Below, in pieces: positions 35,954-49,340 of a DNA stretch of 64,000 bases. The first letter of the stretch is position 1. Each line of letters opens with the position of its first letter. Position numbers and translations under genes: made by a program. Below the pieces are notes generated by a model that saw only the letters and a list, made by a program, of their open reading frames with translations, had not been told where the DNA came from and did not search any database. Source of the stretch: Camelus ferus (taxonomy: Eukaryota); assembly GCF_009834535.1 (NCBI RefSeq), contig NC_045696.1, positions 119,910,001-119,974,000 of the forward strand, given 5' to 3'.

Positions 35954-38900
35954 GAGGTCGATTCAAAATCAGGAAACCCGCCAGTGAAGCCATCCCATCA
36001 ATACACTGAAGAAGAGAAATACAGGGCAGTGAAGAACATCGCACCACAAGTGCATTTCGGGGAAGATGCCTCCGGTGTGCCCCATCTCCACTTGGCACAG
36101 GTGTCTGCCCTCTGTGTTCACTCTCACCCGGCTGGCCTCACACGTTTCCTTCTACACGCTGGTCCCTGAACACTTGTGGCTTGTGACACCTGCTTTGCTG
36201 CCAGGTGGGACCAGCCCAGACATGTGGCGCCACTCTGCCCCTGTGGTCCTGGCTTGATGTGCTCCTTCGGAGGTGGGTGACGCAGATGTCATCGTCACGT
36301 CTGTTTTTTAGCAGGCCGACTTCCTTTATCCGTGAATATCCTGCTGCAGACACGGCTGCCCTTTTGCAGCCCTGAAGGAGTGGGAGCGAGAGGGCAGGGC
36401 CACCTGACGTCCTGGGAAATGGTGGATTTCCTGCCCCTACACCGTTCTTGGCTGGCCCTCCTGGCCCCGTGGTTCACCACCTCTCGCCTACACTTCCTTG
36501 CTTCATTGGCTGAATCATGCCAGCCCCTCCAGCTGGAACTGTGAACCCCTGGTATCATTCTAGTACATTCCCATTTCACCTAGATATCCACAGTCTGTCT
36601 CACTGCTCCAGAACTATTCCCAAACACCACCACCGTCACTGAGCCCAGAGGGCTGATGAGCACAAGAATCCGCACTGGGGTACACGTCAGCTGTGATGAC
36701 AGTCCCCAAACTCGTCTTCTGGGCCTTGCGATGGGATTCTGGGGCGGCGGGGCCATCCGCTCCCAGGTTTGCCAGCTCTTCAGGTTACCAGGTGCTCTCA
36801 GGGACTCCCAAGGAGCTTCTGGAACAGCTGTGCTGGGCAGAGTTGTTCCTGCACTGTTCCCGGGAGCACGTGTCCAGCTGCGAGCGCCCTGCTCCAGACA
36901 CTACTCTCCGCGCCTTGCAGGAACAGTGCCGCCCCCACCTGCCAGCAGCAGTGGTGAGGCATTGGCAGAGAGTCCACCACATGAGCTTGTTTGGGCCCAG
37001 TGGAACAGGTGGTATTGATTATGCACCTGACCAATGATTATTACGGCCACTCTGTGCTGGGGACAGCGCAGTGACCAGATGGATGCAAACCCCTCGGCCC
37101 TCTAGTTCATCAGGGGCACTAAAAATGAACAAACATAAGCCAAAAAATACACAAATATGGTGATTTTAGGTAGTCATGGGGAGATGGAGAAAGTAAATGT
37201 ATGGAGGAGCAGAGGGAGGGGGGAGAATTGTGGGGGTGGGAGGGTCTGAGAGCCGAGTGAGGAGGAGGGGGGCAGCCTTGTGAAGGAAGTGGGGGCTTTC
37301 CAGACAGAGGGAGCACACATGTGAAGGCCGGGGGGTGGGACGGGCTTGTGTGTCTGAGGAACCTGTGAGGGGAGGTGTGGGGCGTGGGCTGGGGCGCCAG
37401 GGGGCTGCAGGCTGAGCGCTGAGCGCTGAGCTGAGCACTGGGACTTGTGTCCTCCTGGAAATAGGATCAGGCGGTGGGAAGCAGGGTGGTCGATCAGATA
37501 TGATTCGTGGTTCAGAAGGGTCACTAGGGCCAGGGGGTGGAGGATGGACCAGGGTGGGGCAGCCATGGAAGCAGGACACTGGCTGGGCGGCCACTGCTGA
37601 GGCCGGAGACGGAGACCGCACTCACCATTTGGGGGTGCTCCGCCGGCTTAGTCATCCGAGGCTGGTCCTCAAAGACACCTCCACAGTCAGAACCTGTCGC
37701 CACAACCCAGAAACACAGCAGTCACTTGCCAGAACATAAAACAACAACATGTATTTACTCGGAAACGGTGGTAATTACAGGGCAGCTCCTCCTAGGCCGT
37801 CCCTGCCAACCCCTGATGGCCCCAGTGGTGAACTCCCGCCAGCAGAGGGGCCACGCAGCCCACCTGCTCCTGCACAGGAGCAAAACCTCGGCACCTCTGC
37901 ATGCCTCTCCCTCCCCCACCAGCCTATCAGGCAGTGTCACGGGGGCATGGATCAGACAGATTTTTGGAAATCAGCATCATATTACAAATTACTTGATTTC
38001 TTTGACACAGCTTGGTTACTCATCTCCAACCCTTCATCCCGGAGGGATGTATTCACTCATTCCTTTGTGCGTTCATTCAGTCCATCCGCAGATGCTTGTT
38101 CGGTCATGGCTATGCCACCTGGGTAGGAGTTGCAGATACCGAGGCACAGATCCTCCCCCTCCAGGGGGACCATCTGCAGGTTTCACTGCCACTGGCTGTT
38201 TTATAGGCACCCACACCAACTGGATCTTCAGATCACGGGACAAGAGACTCTCTCTAGCAGAAGGAAGGACATGCACATTCACATTTCTCATTGACTCTGT
38301 GCCAAATACTGTCTCAGGTGCATCTACAGACCTAACCTTGCTTAGTTCTCAACATCCTGGAAAATGGGCGTGACAGTCCCCTCTTGTACTGATGAGTATC
38401 TTGCGCTGGGAGAGGTGACACTCTGCACACTGTCTATAGCCAGTCAGTAGCAGAGCCAGGGCTGCCACCAGCTCTGCTCGCCTCACAAATCCACACTCCT
38501 TCCACCCCACCAGAGTTAAAACCTAAGGGAGGAGATGGTACTCAAATACCAGGGAAGACCTCGGGCATGTGCTCAGGCCCTCCTCAGTCGTGGATGAGAA
38601 GAGGGCGCCCTGTGAGGACGAGAAGGAAGTCCGTGTCGGGTGATGAAGTCTGCACCACAGCCAAAGACTCATGAAAACAATCGTAACACACACCAGGGAC
38701 ATCATGGAAAAACCCCGCCAGCTTTTTCATCTCACAGAATGAGTCATGCCTGCAAGACTTCAGAGGAAGATGAGAAAATGGATAGGTTTGGAATAATGAC
38801 TCCCTTGAACTGTTGACTGGGAGGCAGTCCTGCCAGCGCCTGGGGCGAGGGGAGGAGGGTTCTTCGGGGACTTCTGGTTAAAGTCAGCCAAACGGTGCCC

Positions 38901-40184
38901 TCGTCTCCGGGGTCGGGCAGAGGGGCCCTCTAGGCCCCTGATCTCAGCCTGGGCACCTGCCTCCCCGGATTATTGGGGGAGCAGGAGGTAGAAGAAGCCA
39001 CAGGAGAAAGAGGACAGATTCTTTAGGGAAGTCCACTTTACTTAAAAATGTGAGCAAAACCAGTGACATTACTTTGTTAACAAATATTAATATATTACAG
39101 AAGGGACAGCCAGTTTCACGTGGAATTTGAAGCTGATACAAGCCCTGATGTGGGTGGGTCACTTCAGGCTTCCTTCCCAGACCCCCAGTGATCCCTGATC
39201 TTTGGTGGGAAATACTGAGACGGTCCATGCAGTTATCTCAAACGCGTGTCAGACCAGCTACCCACGTCCCCGCCTCAAGTCAGTTTGAACAACATTAGCT
39301 GAACTGTCATCCTGGGCCCTGTGTAGGATGAATAAGATGCCGGCCGTGTGCAAGCCCGGCCAGATGCCCACAGTGATTATAACATCGCGTGATGCTTATG
39401 CTTCGGTGGAGGCACGTGGGAAGAGTTCTGGGCACTCGGAGGAGGAGAGATGAATTTTACCTGGGGCCATGGGGGAGACTTTGCAAAGAAGTTTCATCTG
39501 ATAGGGAAGGATTCTGCATGAGGCCCCGCTCATTCCAGGCAGAGGGAGCAGGGAGACCCCGAGAAGTGCTTGGTGTGTGCGAGAAGTGGGAATTCCCTGT
39601 GGCTGGAGGGAAAGGAATGTGGGAGGCCCCGGCCAGGGGTTAGGAAGGTGAGTTACTGATTGAGTTCAGATCACGCAACCTTGGAATGTCATCCTAGGCA
39701 TCCTAGACTTTATTCTGGGGGCAACGAGGGTGGGCACTGAGAGGTTTAGAACTGGGGAGAAATACAAATTTGTGTTTTAGGAAGTCAGTGAAGGCGGAGG
39801 GTGACTTGGAGAGAAGAGGTCTCATTGTTAAGATTTCTGGAACTAGCTGTTGAGCTCTGTCCTGAAACCATCCAGCCTTAGGGGCAGTCCAGCCCATCCC
39901 TTCGCTGTGGAAAGAACGTGTATATTGCTGTGTCACAATTTTGGGTAGCATTGTGTTTCAGTATCATTGGTTTCCTTTGTAATCCTATGTGTTTTCTTTT
40001 ATGCACTTAAAAATGTCGTTTTGGGAAAGACCCCATGGACTTCACAGACTGTCGAAGGGGTTCGTGGTCAGAGCCCTCAAACATTGGAAGGTACTACACA
40101 GACCATCTTCCTTCCTTTCTCTACGTGCAGTAACTCCCACGTCAAGCAAGCACTGACCAGCACCCTCGCACTCAGCCCTGTGTC

Positions 40185-40385
40185 AGAGGCTGTGCTCGGA
40201 GGATCTGGAACCAGCCTGCCTGGGCTGGATTCCTGCCATCGCCTTTTCTAGCTCTGTGACTTCAGCCAGATTAATATAACCTCCCAGTTTCCTCCTCTGT
40301 AAACGAGGACAGTAATAGTACTTACTTCATGGGGTTATTGTGAGGATGAAATCAGTTCATGCGTGTGGAGCTTTAGCTCAGCGTC
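40185..40385 (+). mobile_element. MIR SINE
   Basis: ctagctctgtgacttcagcc...cagtttcctcctctgtaaa...ggttattgtgaggatgaaat. Confidence 0.75.
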
Positions 40386-40577
40386 CGCCCCCGGTTCCAA
40401 ATTCTTATAACAGAATTTGGGAGCTGTGATAACCTCGGGTGAGAACAGAGCCCCTCTTTGGTACAACTCTCATTGTTTTGGCTTCTTTCTCTGGGTCTTC
40501 CTAAAGATGACCCAGAAAATTCTGCTAAAAAAGTAGTAAAAGAATCCTTTTAAACTCTCCACTTATCTAAACTTTTG

Positions 40578-41000
40578 GTAGATGTCTTAGTTGGGCTCCT
40601 TCAAAAGAGGACCCTGAGGCGAAGGATTTGTGGCGGGTGGTATTTGGGAAGTGGTCCCAGGGAGCAGAGCAGGGACGTGGGGAAGTGGGTGGGGGAGAGC
40701 AGGATGCCTCTGAGGGCAGCGGGCCCCAGTCCTGCTGGGGAGCGTCTGAGAGGGTGGAGCATGCACATCCAAGTGGTCCCACCAGAGTGAGGGGGCCGGT
40801 GGGTTTGCTCACCAGCTGTTCCTCCTCTCCTCTGGAGGGCTGTCCTGGGGGTGCTGTGCTGCAGCACTGCTGGCCGGTCTGTGTGCTGCTGGGGCAGGAG
40901 AGGCCACAGAGAGGAGACCCAGGTGCCTGAGCGCATGTGTGGGACTGCCTTCCCAACCACTGGCAACCACATGGTGGCGTCCAGACGGGGCTGCTTTGGT
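40578..41000 (-). mobile_element. LTR16-like ERVL LTR relic
   Basis: gtcttagttgggctcc...gaccctgaggcgaaggatttg...ggtatttgggaagtggtcccagg; a similar relic occurs at ~44855-45335. Confidence 0.45.
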
Positions 41001-42519
41001 GGGGATGGCGAGGGAAACACGGCCATCCATAATGGGCAGGAGAGCCATGAAACAGACTTAGTTAAAAACATGTCACTGAAAGAAGTTGGACCTCAGCTGG
41101 CATCTTTCAGCTTGTCCTTCTCCCCACCCCATCTTGTAGCAGTTTGCAATTTTCACCCGAGGTTCCTTTAGCCACATCTGTTGATTTGGTCTGTATGGGT
41201 GTGTTTACGGGAAATTGCAGCCGCCCACTCTTCAAAGTCCATACATTATTATGGGTAAACTTTTCAGTGACTTGAAAGAGGGTGTGTGTGTCAGAATATA
41301 ATTCATTATTTTGGTACCTGCTTATTAACAAAGAAAATTGAGTCCCTGGAGTGTTTTTTTCTTTGCTGTTGTCTGTTAATCAGACAAACACCATGACTTA
41401 CAATGTAATGTCTTAGGACCATGGGCTGTTTGAATCATCTAGTTAGATTTCAGAATGAGTAAGAGCTCACGCTTCTTTGCATACGTGAGTGACTGTCACA
41501 GTGTTAAATTCTATAAAAAGCAGTTGTATCTGCTCAGTTTCCAGGTGAGAGCACATGGATGCTGGGGAGCAAATTTATCCTCATTATTTTAAAAAAGCAC
41601 TTGGTAAAGGAAAAGAACTGGAGAAGAACCACATTTTTATCTACACTCTGAGTACAATAACATATGAATTGTGTAACTTTACAGGCAAGAACAGGAAGGT
41701 AAAATGGGGAAACGGATATTGTTTTGCCAATACAGTCCATTTTCTTTTTAGAACAGAAGGAGGAGAGCGAGCCCGGCAGTACCCTGTCATCAGATGACAT
41801 GAAACTCTCCGTGTGCTTTTATTTCCCTCTGTGACTTTTCTAGGCTCAGACCACGTTCCAAGGGGAATTTCCCAAAATTTCCTACCACCTGTTTCTGTTT
41901 CCTCTAGAAGTCAGTTGACAGGTGGGGACAGGCAAGAGGGACACTGTGAACCTGGATCAACCTGGAAACCAGGGCGCACGTGCAGGGAAAGGAGTCAGGC
42001 ATGAAGGCCACAGGAGAAGTGCCAGGGTGACGGGTTGTCCCAGAGCTGGATTATGGTGATGGCTGCAGGCGGCGTAAATGTAGTCAGATTCATCAAACTC
42101 TGAACTTTATGATATGTAAATTATACACTAAAGCTGTCTGAGAAAGAAAGGGAGGGAGAAAAGGCGGGCAGAGAGAAGCACTGCGACTTGTGCAGTGCCA
42201 CACCATTTCTAAAATGCAGGGAAATGTTAGAAGACAATTTCTAGTTCCCGGAGGGTGGAAAAGCTCACTGAGATCGGACAGGTTGTAGCCCCTCTGCTCG
42301 CAAGTAACATCCCCTGCAAATAAATCGTTGCCCCCCACACACACTCTAGGGGAGACCTGCACCTGTTTGGCAAAGGAGCTTCAAGACAGGCCTCCTGCCC
42401 TCCCCTCTAGCAGCCTGACCCCGACCCTTTCCTGCGGCACAGACGGGCCAGCATCACTGCCCACTAGACAAGACACGCTGGGGGCCGCACATCTGTTCTG
42501 CCTGTTCTAGCAGACACAT

Positions 42520-42757
42520 CACACATATAAAAAAAAAAGGCGGTCATCCTATTAATACATCTTTAACCCAGCTCAGCTCAAATTATTATCATGTCAGCAT
42601 ATAATCAGTATAAAAATTATTGAGATACTTTACAGTCATTTTTTCATAGGAAATCCTCAAAATCCTAGATGTGTCTACCAGCACGTCTCAATTCCGACGA
42701 GCCAAATTTTCAAGTGCTCAGTAGCCACAGGTGGCCACTGCCTTGGACAGGTCGGGC
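42520..42757. mobile_element. MER33-like hAT relic
   Basis: aatcagtataaaaattattgagatactttaca...ttcaagtgctcagtagccaca...ttggacag. Confidence 0.65.
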
Positions 42758-43084
42758 CTAGAGGCATTTGCTGTTGATAACCCGGACACTCCAGACTGTT
42801 GGAAAAGAGAGTGGTCTCACGCAGATACCCACTGCTAACTGAACAAACGAGCAAGTGAAGGTCTGTGTTAGATTGTGTAAAACCACACTCATCTCTGTGA
42901 TCTTCACATTTAAAAAAAAATATTTCACATGGTCCTGAGGAATTTTTTAATGTCCTCAGTGAGTTTCATTTTCAGGTCTTGGCAGTTAAACCCCTATGAT
43001 CAGCATGCTCAGCTGTGTTTAAAATTAACATTGCAAAGGAGCCATTTAGAGACTAGGAATTATGAAACAAGGACTGTAGTTAAG

Positions 43085-43790
43085 TTTTTTTATGCGTTTA
43101 GGACTTTTTTTCCATGTCAATATATATATTTTTAATATGAGTATAGTTGATTTACAATGTTGTGTTAGTTTCTGATATACAGCAAAGTGGTTCAGTTATA
43201 CACACACACACACACACATATATATATTCTTTTTCATATTCTTTCTCTTTATAGGTTACTACAAGCCATTGAATATATAGTTCCCTGTGCTGTACAATAG
43301 GACTTTGTTGTTTATCTGTTTTATTTATAGTAGTGTGTATCTGCCAATCCCAAACCCCCAATTTATCCCTGCCTCCTACCTGGTAACCATAAGCTTGATG
43401 TCTATGTCTGTGAGACTGTTCCTGTTTTGTAAATAAGTTCATTTGTGTCATTTTTTTAGGTACCACATATGTGATATCATATGCTATTTATCTTTCTCTG
43501 TCTGACTTCACTTAGTATGATAATCTCTAGGTCCATCCATGTTGCTGCAAATGGCATTATTTCATTCTTTTTATGGCTGAATAGTATTCCATTACATATG
43601 TTTCCACAGATTCTTCATACAGTCATCTGTTGATGGACTTTTAGGTTGCTTCAGTGTCTTGGCTATTGTATATAGTGCTGCTCTGAACATTGGGGTGTGT
43701 GTCTCATTTTGAATTAGAGTTTTCTCCAGATATATGCCCAGGGGTGGGACTGCTGGATCATACAGTATCTCTATTTTTAGTTTTCTAAGG
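43085..43790 (-). mobile_element. L1 3' end (artiodactyl-type)
   Basis: gtatagttgatttacaatgttgtgttagtttctg...tctaggtccatccatgttgctgcaaatggc, with an internal (CA)n(TA)n. Confidence 0.88.
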
Positions 43791-44054
43791 ATTTAGTTAA
43801 GATGAAAGGTATGTGTTTTATCAGGAAGCTGCAACCTCTCCTCACAAGGGAACAGCTGTGTTGATCTACAGTAATAAGTCTGATTAAGGTCATTATTGAA
43901 CTAAAACTCTCATCAACTGCCTAGAAATCACAGCCTTACAGATAAAGACCTACAGGTTAAAAGGGTCTCAGCTGGGCTTTTTTGGCTTGGTTTGATTGGA
44001 GGTGGGCTAGAGGTTGTCTAGTTTAGGATAAGACAGCTATTTAAAGCACTGTTA

Positions 44055-44228
44055 AGGGGAGAGGATCTAGCTCAGTGGCAGAGCACATGCTTAGCATGCA
44101 CGAGGTCCTGGGTTCAGTCCCCAGTATCTCTGTTAAAAATAAATAACTAAAATAAACCAAATTACCTCCCCCCAACATGAAAAAAAAAATTTAATTAAAA
44201 ATAAGAAACCAAACAAAAAGTTATAAAA
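44055..44228 (+). mobile_element. tRNA-Ala-derived camelid SINE
   Basis: tagctcagtggcagagcacatgcttagcatgcacgaggtcctgggttca; TSD taaag(c/t)actgt(t/c)a at 44042-44054 and 44229-44241. Confidence 0.88.
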
Positions 44229-47200
44229 TAAAGTACTGTCAGGATTCGTATTCTGTAAAGTCACTGATGGGCTCTAATCTGATGTCTCATTACAGGAGAC
44301 TCTCATTCTACAATATTCGCTGTCCAGCTTTGATAGTTGTTCCGTAGCTGACCACCTAGCTCTCTTGTGGAAATAAAAACTTTGCTGCTGCAGCCCTGAA
44401 AAAATTCTTCTTTTCCCAGAAACACTAGGACAACATTTTTCCGCAAACTCACAAATCCAAATAAGAATAAAGCCACCGCATAAAATCAGCAGGCAGGAAG
44501 GCAGGTGATTGTCTGATTTTCGGTCACGTTTGATTGTTCTTGGACCTCCCCCTTTGCGGATGGTGACCTTTGGTTTGACTCTTCATCCCCGTGGGTTAAA
44601 ATCGTGCCCTTGGGATGCAGGTGTCCTCGCTGGGCCTGACCGCGGTTTCTCTCTGTCTTCTTCTCCGGTGGTCTGTCCACCTCTTGGCTCCACTCTGTTC
44701 CCGGTGGGCAGAGCTGAGCTCCCACTTCCTCGAGGACACAGTCTCTTCCCACCATCGCCACTTCCCTTTTGTTCTTGTGCAGCCAAGGAGCAGCTTGATT
44801 TCTGGGCGTTAAAGAAAAGCAAACTCCCGTCACGCTCTTCGGTGCCTGATTTAGTCTAGGTTCTCCCCAGAACAAAACCTCAGGTAGAGACTTGGTCTGG
44901 GGACAGGTACCCTTTAGGGGAGGGGGCCTGGCGGGAGTGAGGGGTGGAGAGAGGAAGAGGGGAAGAAGGCCAGTTAAGGATGGGTTCATCCCCTGTTACG
45001 GTTGGGGCTGCCAGGGCTCAGTCCTGCCGGGCACCCTCCGGGGGGTGGTGCAGAACGTCTCCAGAATTGTACCCCCGAAGAGCCATGGACGGGGGCCTTT
45101 CCCCCTGACTTTCCGTTCCTCCAGTGGTTGGGGGTTGTTCTGGCATTGCTGACACCCCCTGGACTTCGGGCCGCCGGTGAAGGTGCTCAGTGAACTCCCA
45201 AAGCTTCAAAAACGCCCCTGAGGAGGATGGGCTCGAGGTGGGCGCTGACTGTGCCCGGGGAGGGTGTCCAAGTCAGCTGGGCCGCGGGGACGTGGTGTAG
45301 GGCACAAAAGGCCCTGGCTTCTGGTCACCAGTGGTACCTGAAAACCCTCCTCACTCCCTCAAAAGACAAACACCGAATACGTTTAAATGGAAACGTCGCC
45401 GAGACCGGATATAACTTCTGCAGCTGTTTCTTCATGTTAAGAGGCTGGGCCGCTCCCAGACAGCCCCTGTGCATCAGGGCCAAGGCAGGGCACCTGTCCC
45501 TGGAGTGCCTTGCCTTCCAGCTCGGTCTGTCCCTGAGTTAGGTGCGTGCCACTCGCCAGAGTCAGGCCGAAAGGAGAGGCATCCCGAACCCCTCTGTCAC
45601 TCCGGCTCCGTCTCTAAGAAGCGCACCCAGAGTCACGCAGGGCTTGGGGAGAGAACCTTCCCGCGTGTGCCAGCTGTAGGTTTGGGGAACATTCAAAGCT
45701 GCACTCCGGCCCAAACCAGGACTGCTTTTATTTCCCCATCAGAGCAGCTCTCACGGCAGCGTCTTCAAAACTAGAGGAGATGAGGGTAGGAGGTCCTCGT
45801 CCTTGGGGCCACCACAGCATGCCTAGGAGATGCTGAGGGCTTGGGGACTGGGAAGAGGAGCGTTTGGGGGGCTTAGCACCCAGCCGTTGGGGTGCCACTT
45901 CTGGGAGACACATGTCAACAGATGACCTTCAAAGCCTGTGACCCTTGAAGATAATTGGCTTAAAATTTCACTACCAATCATAGGATTCTCCAAGCACCAA
46001 GGTCATTCTTAGACAGACAGGCAGACAAGCTGGATTGCAGGACAAGGTCACTGGCAGATCTGGGACCCTTCTTACTGGCCATGACATATCTTGGCCTTGT
46101 CAGTAAGGGTCGGGCATCTACGTGGATGCTCTTCTCCATGAGAGCCACCACTTACTGCTCTCAGAATGCCCTCACAGACCTTTATGTACTTTAGCTTATT
46201 TAATACAGGGTGGCAAAGTAGATCCATTATCACCAGTTGACAGTCGAGGCCACTGTGGCTCTCGGAGGGTAAGGACCCACGCAGGGTCACACAGTCCTGT
46301 GAGGAGCAGAGCTGGGATTCCAAACCAGTTCAGGGGCAAAGACAGAAACACAGCTCCTTTTATGATTGTAGATACACCTTTTTGAGATCCAGGAGGACAG
46401 GCAGCCTGAAGGGTCAGCCCATGCCTCGGTGAAACAGGGGAGCAAATGGTTCAGCACTCAGACTCTGGTCTTCGAAGACCATGAGGGAATAGAATGAGAA
46501 ACAAAATTATCTCCAGGTCTTCCTTACAATCTGCAATTGAATATTCTGAAAGTAACAACAGACCCTGTGTGTACCAGAGTGAATATTTTCACCTGTTTTT
46601 CATGAGAAACTAAATGTTTTTCAGGAAAAAAAAATTGAAACAATAACAACACTTTGGACCCTGCTACAAGATGCATGTGTGTCCCGATCACAGAACTCTG
46701 CTTGTTCTCTGGGTCTCACGTTTGTATCCGGCAGCAGATTTCAGGAGCTGGCGTGAACGAGCCCTCACCTGGTAGAAACAAAACCGCTGGGCTTCGGGGT
46801 TTGCGGTTTTCCCACCACGGGGAGGCCACGGGGAGAAGCCCATCTGAGCTCTGCACCCGCCTCTCTGGCTGCGAGCTCTCTTTCATTTTGTGTTTTCCTG
46901 ACGCTACACGCATGGATTTCTGTTGTGCCCTGTCCGACCCCCCAGCGAGCCATCGGAAAGAAACACTCATCAGTGCTCCAGACAAGTGATGAGCCTGGCA
47001 CACAGTAGGCGCTTTATGGAGTCGGTGCTCTGCAGGGTGGAAAGGGACTTTCAAGGCCGTGAGCCTGCAGTGGCCCTTTGTGGTTTTGACTCATTCATGA
47101 GCAAAACTCCTCAAAAGAGGATGTATTTGCCATCTCACTGGCCCCCTTCCCATGTTTTCCTCAATCCCGTCCAGCCAGTGCTCAGGGCCCCTACTCCCTG

Positions 47201-47399
47201 AACTGCTCTGGACCTCCTGTCACCAAATTGGGCGGTCACCTCTCTGTTTACGTGTCCCCTCCACCACCCAGTGGCATTCAGTGCAGCGGACCTCGCCTTC
47301 CCAGAGCCTCCCACTCCTCCTGCCTTTCTGCATCCTCCCTTTCCACATCCTCCTCCTCCATCTCTCTGGGTGATTTCCCTGCCGCAGACGGCCTCCGGC

Positions 47400-48025
47400 C
47401 TCCCCAGCCCAGGGCTCCTCCACACCACTTCCCCGGAGATGCTTCTTCCAGGCTTCTGGCTTTCAACACGACCTATTTACCGGCGATTCTCAGATTTATA
47501 CTCTGAGCTGCAGACTCAAGTATTTAACTGCTTGCGTGACTTTGCCTCTCCGACGTCCGAGAGACATCTCAAACGTAGTGGTAAAACAGAACCCTCAATG
47601 CTCTTCTCACCCAGCTTGCTCCTCCCTGCACCCTTCCTCTGTTCAGTTAATGGAACGACCATTAATCCAGTTGTTTAAGCCAATTTATAAGTCATGCCTG
47701 ATTCGCTTTCCTCTTTCATCTCTGTATCCCGTGGCTCAGCAGGGTCCCGTGGGCTTCCTCCTTGCAACATGTGTGCCCAATTCATCAGCTTCTCTTGTTT
47801 TCTACTCTGTCCTCTCTCATGTGGATGATGGCCATGGCCCGCCCCAGGTGTCCCCGCGTCCACTTTAATCCTCCTATAATCCATTCCCAGAGCGGATCTG
47901 TTAAAAATGGAGGTCAGGTCGTGCGACTCGCTGGTTTAAAGCCCTCCAGTGGCTACCTATTGGAAGGTTGGACTTTTAGAATCAAATTCAAATCCCTCAA
48001 CAAGACTTGTAAGGCACCCGGCTTA
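47400..48025 (+). mobile_element. L2 LINE relic
   Basis: Pyrimidine-rich degenerate L2 text (ctgagctgcagactc...catctcaaac...aaatccctcaacaag). Confidence 0.55.
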
Positions 48026-48028
48026 GCC

Positions 48029-48232
48029 CAGGGGTCAGCAGGCTTTTCTGTGAAGGGCTGCATAGTCCGTATTTGGGGCTTTGTGAGCCACGTGGTCTGC
48101 ATTGCAAGTTCTCAGCTCTGCCATAGTCAGTGTGGTGAACAAATGAACATGGCTATGTTCCAATAAAACTTTATTTACAAAAGCAGGCAATGGGCTGAAT
48201 TTGGCCTGTGAGGCATAGTTTGGTGACCCCGA
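48029..48232. mobile_element. MER58-like hAT MITE
   Basis: caggggtcagca...ccaataaaactttatttacaaaagcagg...catagtttggtgacccc. Confidence 0.75.
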
Positions 48233-48384
48233 TCTGTCCCCTTTCTACCTTTCCAACCCCATAGCACACCGCTCTGCCCTTGACCTTGGCCCCCCTTCAC
48301 CTCCCCTCCCCTAGTGCTGGCTTGGGTAGAAACCCTGCCCAGATGGCTGCCCCCAGTTCCCGTGGTCCCCATACATGAATGTCA

Positions 48385-48803
48385 CACCCTCTGTAGGTGC
48401 TGGCCCCGCCATGATGACTCTGGCCAGTGGAAAGTGGTGGAATTTGATGTTCTAGGGCTTCTGAGCTGAGGCTTTAAGCAGATTGCTAACTCCTGCTTCC
48501 TCCCTTGGAATCCAGCTGCCAAGCTGTGAAAAACAAAAAGCACACCAGGAGAGGCCACGTGGAGAAGGACAGAGAAGTTCTGGGCCATCGTGCCAGAGGA
48601 GCACCCAGCCGCGTGAGTGAGCCACCTTGGGCATCCCGGTCTGGTCAAGCCTCCGGATGCCTGCGGTCAGCTGGCATCATGTGGAGGAGAGAGCTGCCTG
48701 GCCAAGGCCGGTCATGTCACAGACCGTGAGAGAGAAAACGGTTATCATCCTCTTTAAGCCACTGCGTTTTGGTGCTTTGATTTACAGCCCCAGATAATTG
48801 ATA
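48385..48803 (+). mobile_element. MLT1-type MaLR LTR
   Basis: ggagaggccacgtggaga...tttaagccactgcgttttgg...ttacagc...gataattgata is a typical MLT1 3' end. Confidence 0.7.
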
Positions 48804-49275
48804 ATTTCTCAAACCCTCTATTTCATTCCTCCAGTGGCACCAGCTGCTCTGTCTGCCTGGAACACAACCCCCACCCCCAGATCCTTACCTGGCTGGTCCT
48901 TTTCATCATTTGGGTTGGCCCGCAGCCCCTCAGTTGTTGTTGTTGTTTTGGAAAGCCCCCCTTTCTATGATCAGGCTGTGTGCTGAACCCCTATTCTACT
49001 CATTCCACCCTTGCCTAGACTCCAGGACCAGCTTGCGATGGCGATCAAGCCAATCAGTAATAACTGGTAATTCTGCTTCTCCCACCCCCACCCACCCCGG
49101 TCCCCTACCCCAGCCTAAGGTACTGATTCAGAGAAGGACATGTGACCCAAGTCAGTTCAATCAGAGTCAGTCCCAGGAATTGTGGGTTTATTGGCTGGTT
49201 TAATCCAAGCCTGGAGCTGCTGGTATCTAACTGTCCATCACAAGGGGCAGGCCTTCTGGGAACAGAGCTAACATA

Positions 49276-49340
49276 GGAGAGGAAGGAGGAAAGATGGAGA
49301 GGAAGGAGGAAAGATGGAGAGGAGAAAGGAAAGATGGAGA
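49276..49340. repeat. 20-bp purine-rich tandem repeat (~3 copies) in an MLT1-like relic
   Basis: ggagaggaaggaggaaagat x2 plus one variant copy. Confidence 0.9.

Noticed and set aside
37537..38373. 278-aa + strand ORF
   Set aside because: Runs through degenerate L2-like sequence (ttcactcattc...cattcagtcc), has no recognisable motif and no splice support.
49276..49340. CRISPR-like or functional repeat array
   Set aside because: Spacerless purine-rich tandem repeat in a mammalian LTR relic; no cas genes or prokaryotic features in the window.
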